Positions 63,557 to 64,000 of a DNA stretch of 64,000 nucleotides are shown here, piece by piece. The position numbers were made by a program, and so were the translations under genes. Source of the stretch: Salinivirgaceae bacterium (lineage in GTDB: Bacteria; Bacteroidota; Bacteroidia; Bacteroidales; SZUA-534); assembly GCA_017617355.1 (NCBI GenBank), contig JAFZWI010000129.1, forward strand, positions 33,673 to 97,672, written 5' to 3'. The notes below the pieces were generated by a model. It saw nothing but the letters and a program-made list of their open reading frames with translations, ran no database searches and was not told the DNA's origin. How positions within the stretch are numbered: the first letter of the stretch is position 1; each line of letters begins with the position of its first letter.

Positions 63557-63782
63557 TGCTGATGTTTTTTTTAACAAGGCGAATGTAAGGATTTAATTAA
63601 AAAAAGAGTGAGCGCATCTTGCTTAATGACAAAAAAACTCAGTTTCGTTATCAACAACCACACCTTTTTTTAGTTGATAATTTCTTGCTTTTTCGGATGG
63701 CTTTTTCGGGGTATAGTTGGTGCAAAATGCTACTTTTATGCGCTTTTCAAAAAATATGAATCACTAAATAAAAACAATATAA

Positions 63783-64000
63783 ATGGGTGAAGGAGAGAAT
63801 ATTATAAAAGTCGACATTGAAAAGGAGATGCGAGAATCGTACATCGATTATTCAATGTCGGTTATAGTTTCACGCGCACTGCCAGATGTGCGCGACGGTA
63901 TGAAACCGGTGCACCGCCGTGTGCTTTTCGGCATGGATGAGGCGGGAAACCATTCAAACGCAGCTTATAAGAAATCGGCCAGAATCGTCGGCGATGTGAT
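63783..64000 (+). CDS. gyrA: DNA gyrase subunit A (5' part, runs off the window)
   Basis: [35 protein letters not shown] is the canonical GyrA N-terminus. Confidence 0.9.
   Translation, partial: MGEGENIIKVDIEKEMRESYIDYSMSVIVSRALPDVRDGMKPVHRRVLFGMDEAGNHSNAAYKKSARIVGDV

Noticed and set aside
63648-63680. 8-bp inverted repeat TTATCAAC-N17-GTTGATAA in the clpC/gyrA divergent intergenic region, as a possible heat-shock operator.
   Set aside because: It is short and AT-rich and could arise by chance. It does not resemble CIRCE (TTAGCACTC-N9-GAGTGCTAA) or any other operator I can name.
1-64000. CRISPR arrays, tRNA/rRNA genes, IS elements, integrases and prophage blocks.
   Set aside because: I scanned the intergenic regions by eye. 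There are no regularly spaced direct repeats, no cloverleaf-like segments, and no transposase or integrase-like ORFs. The compositional break at about 17.7 kb has no mobile-element hallmarks.

Overview
No searches were run. All family calls come from reading motifs and domain order in the ORF translations by eye. The window looks like a Bacteroidota (Bacteroidales-type) chromosome segment. It has a UpxY-family antiterminator, a T9SS C-terminal sorting domain, many lipoprotein signals and TAnnTTTG-type -7 boxes.

The left half (1-32.5 kb, all + strand) is a surface-glycan supercluster in three parts:
- (i) The 3' end of one polysaccharide locus: pyruvyl transferase, F420H2-dehydrogenase-like FeS protein, HisC-like aminotransferase, a TagD-like cytidylyltransferase fused to a Gfo/Idh/MocA oxidoreductase, LicD, a TagF-like phosphotransferase and a GT4.
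- (ii) A second, UpxY-led locus (8.1-28.5 kb). It carries a DegT aminotransferase plus a small initiating phosphoglycosyltransferase. Next comes a cassette of formyltransferase, PIG-L deacetylase, GT2, MBL-fold protein, ATP-grasp and SDR. It then has two tandem LicD genes, a Wzy-like polymerase, a GT2, FdtA, an ATP-grasp-HAD fusion, FdtB, Wzx, and a WaaL-like protein with an inserted jelly-roll-like domain.
- (iii) yraN plus a three-gene phosphonate cassette: a cytidylyltransferase-PEP mutase fusion, an Fe-alcohol dehydrogenase and phosphonopyruvate decarboxylase.

The right half (32.6-64 kb) is mostly housekeeping: DUF1846, nth, ABC-F, rsmE, a DEAD-box helicase, RNase G, HU, a RecD-like helicase, rsmD, HtrA, ClpC and the gyrA 5' end. 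Accessory items sit among these genes. They include a Crp/Fnr regulator next to two tandem secreted paralogs, and a small T9SS-sorted protein next to a tail-fibre-like repeat protein. There is also a beta-helix lipoprotein next to a papain-like lipoprotein, a chorismatase-like protein, and a SiaB-like (duplicated) / SiaC-like partner-switch pair.

I recognised no rRNA, tRNA, CRISPR array, transposase or integrase. The most interesting candidates are the non-sugar substituent pathways of the glycan loci (a phosphonate without an AEP transaminase, a CDP-amino-polyol-like route, and ATP-grasp-based N-acylation) and the orphan SiaB/SiaC-like module.
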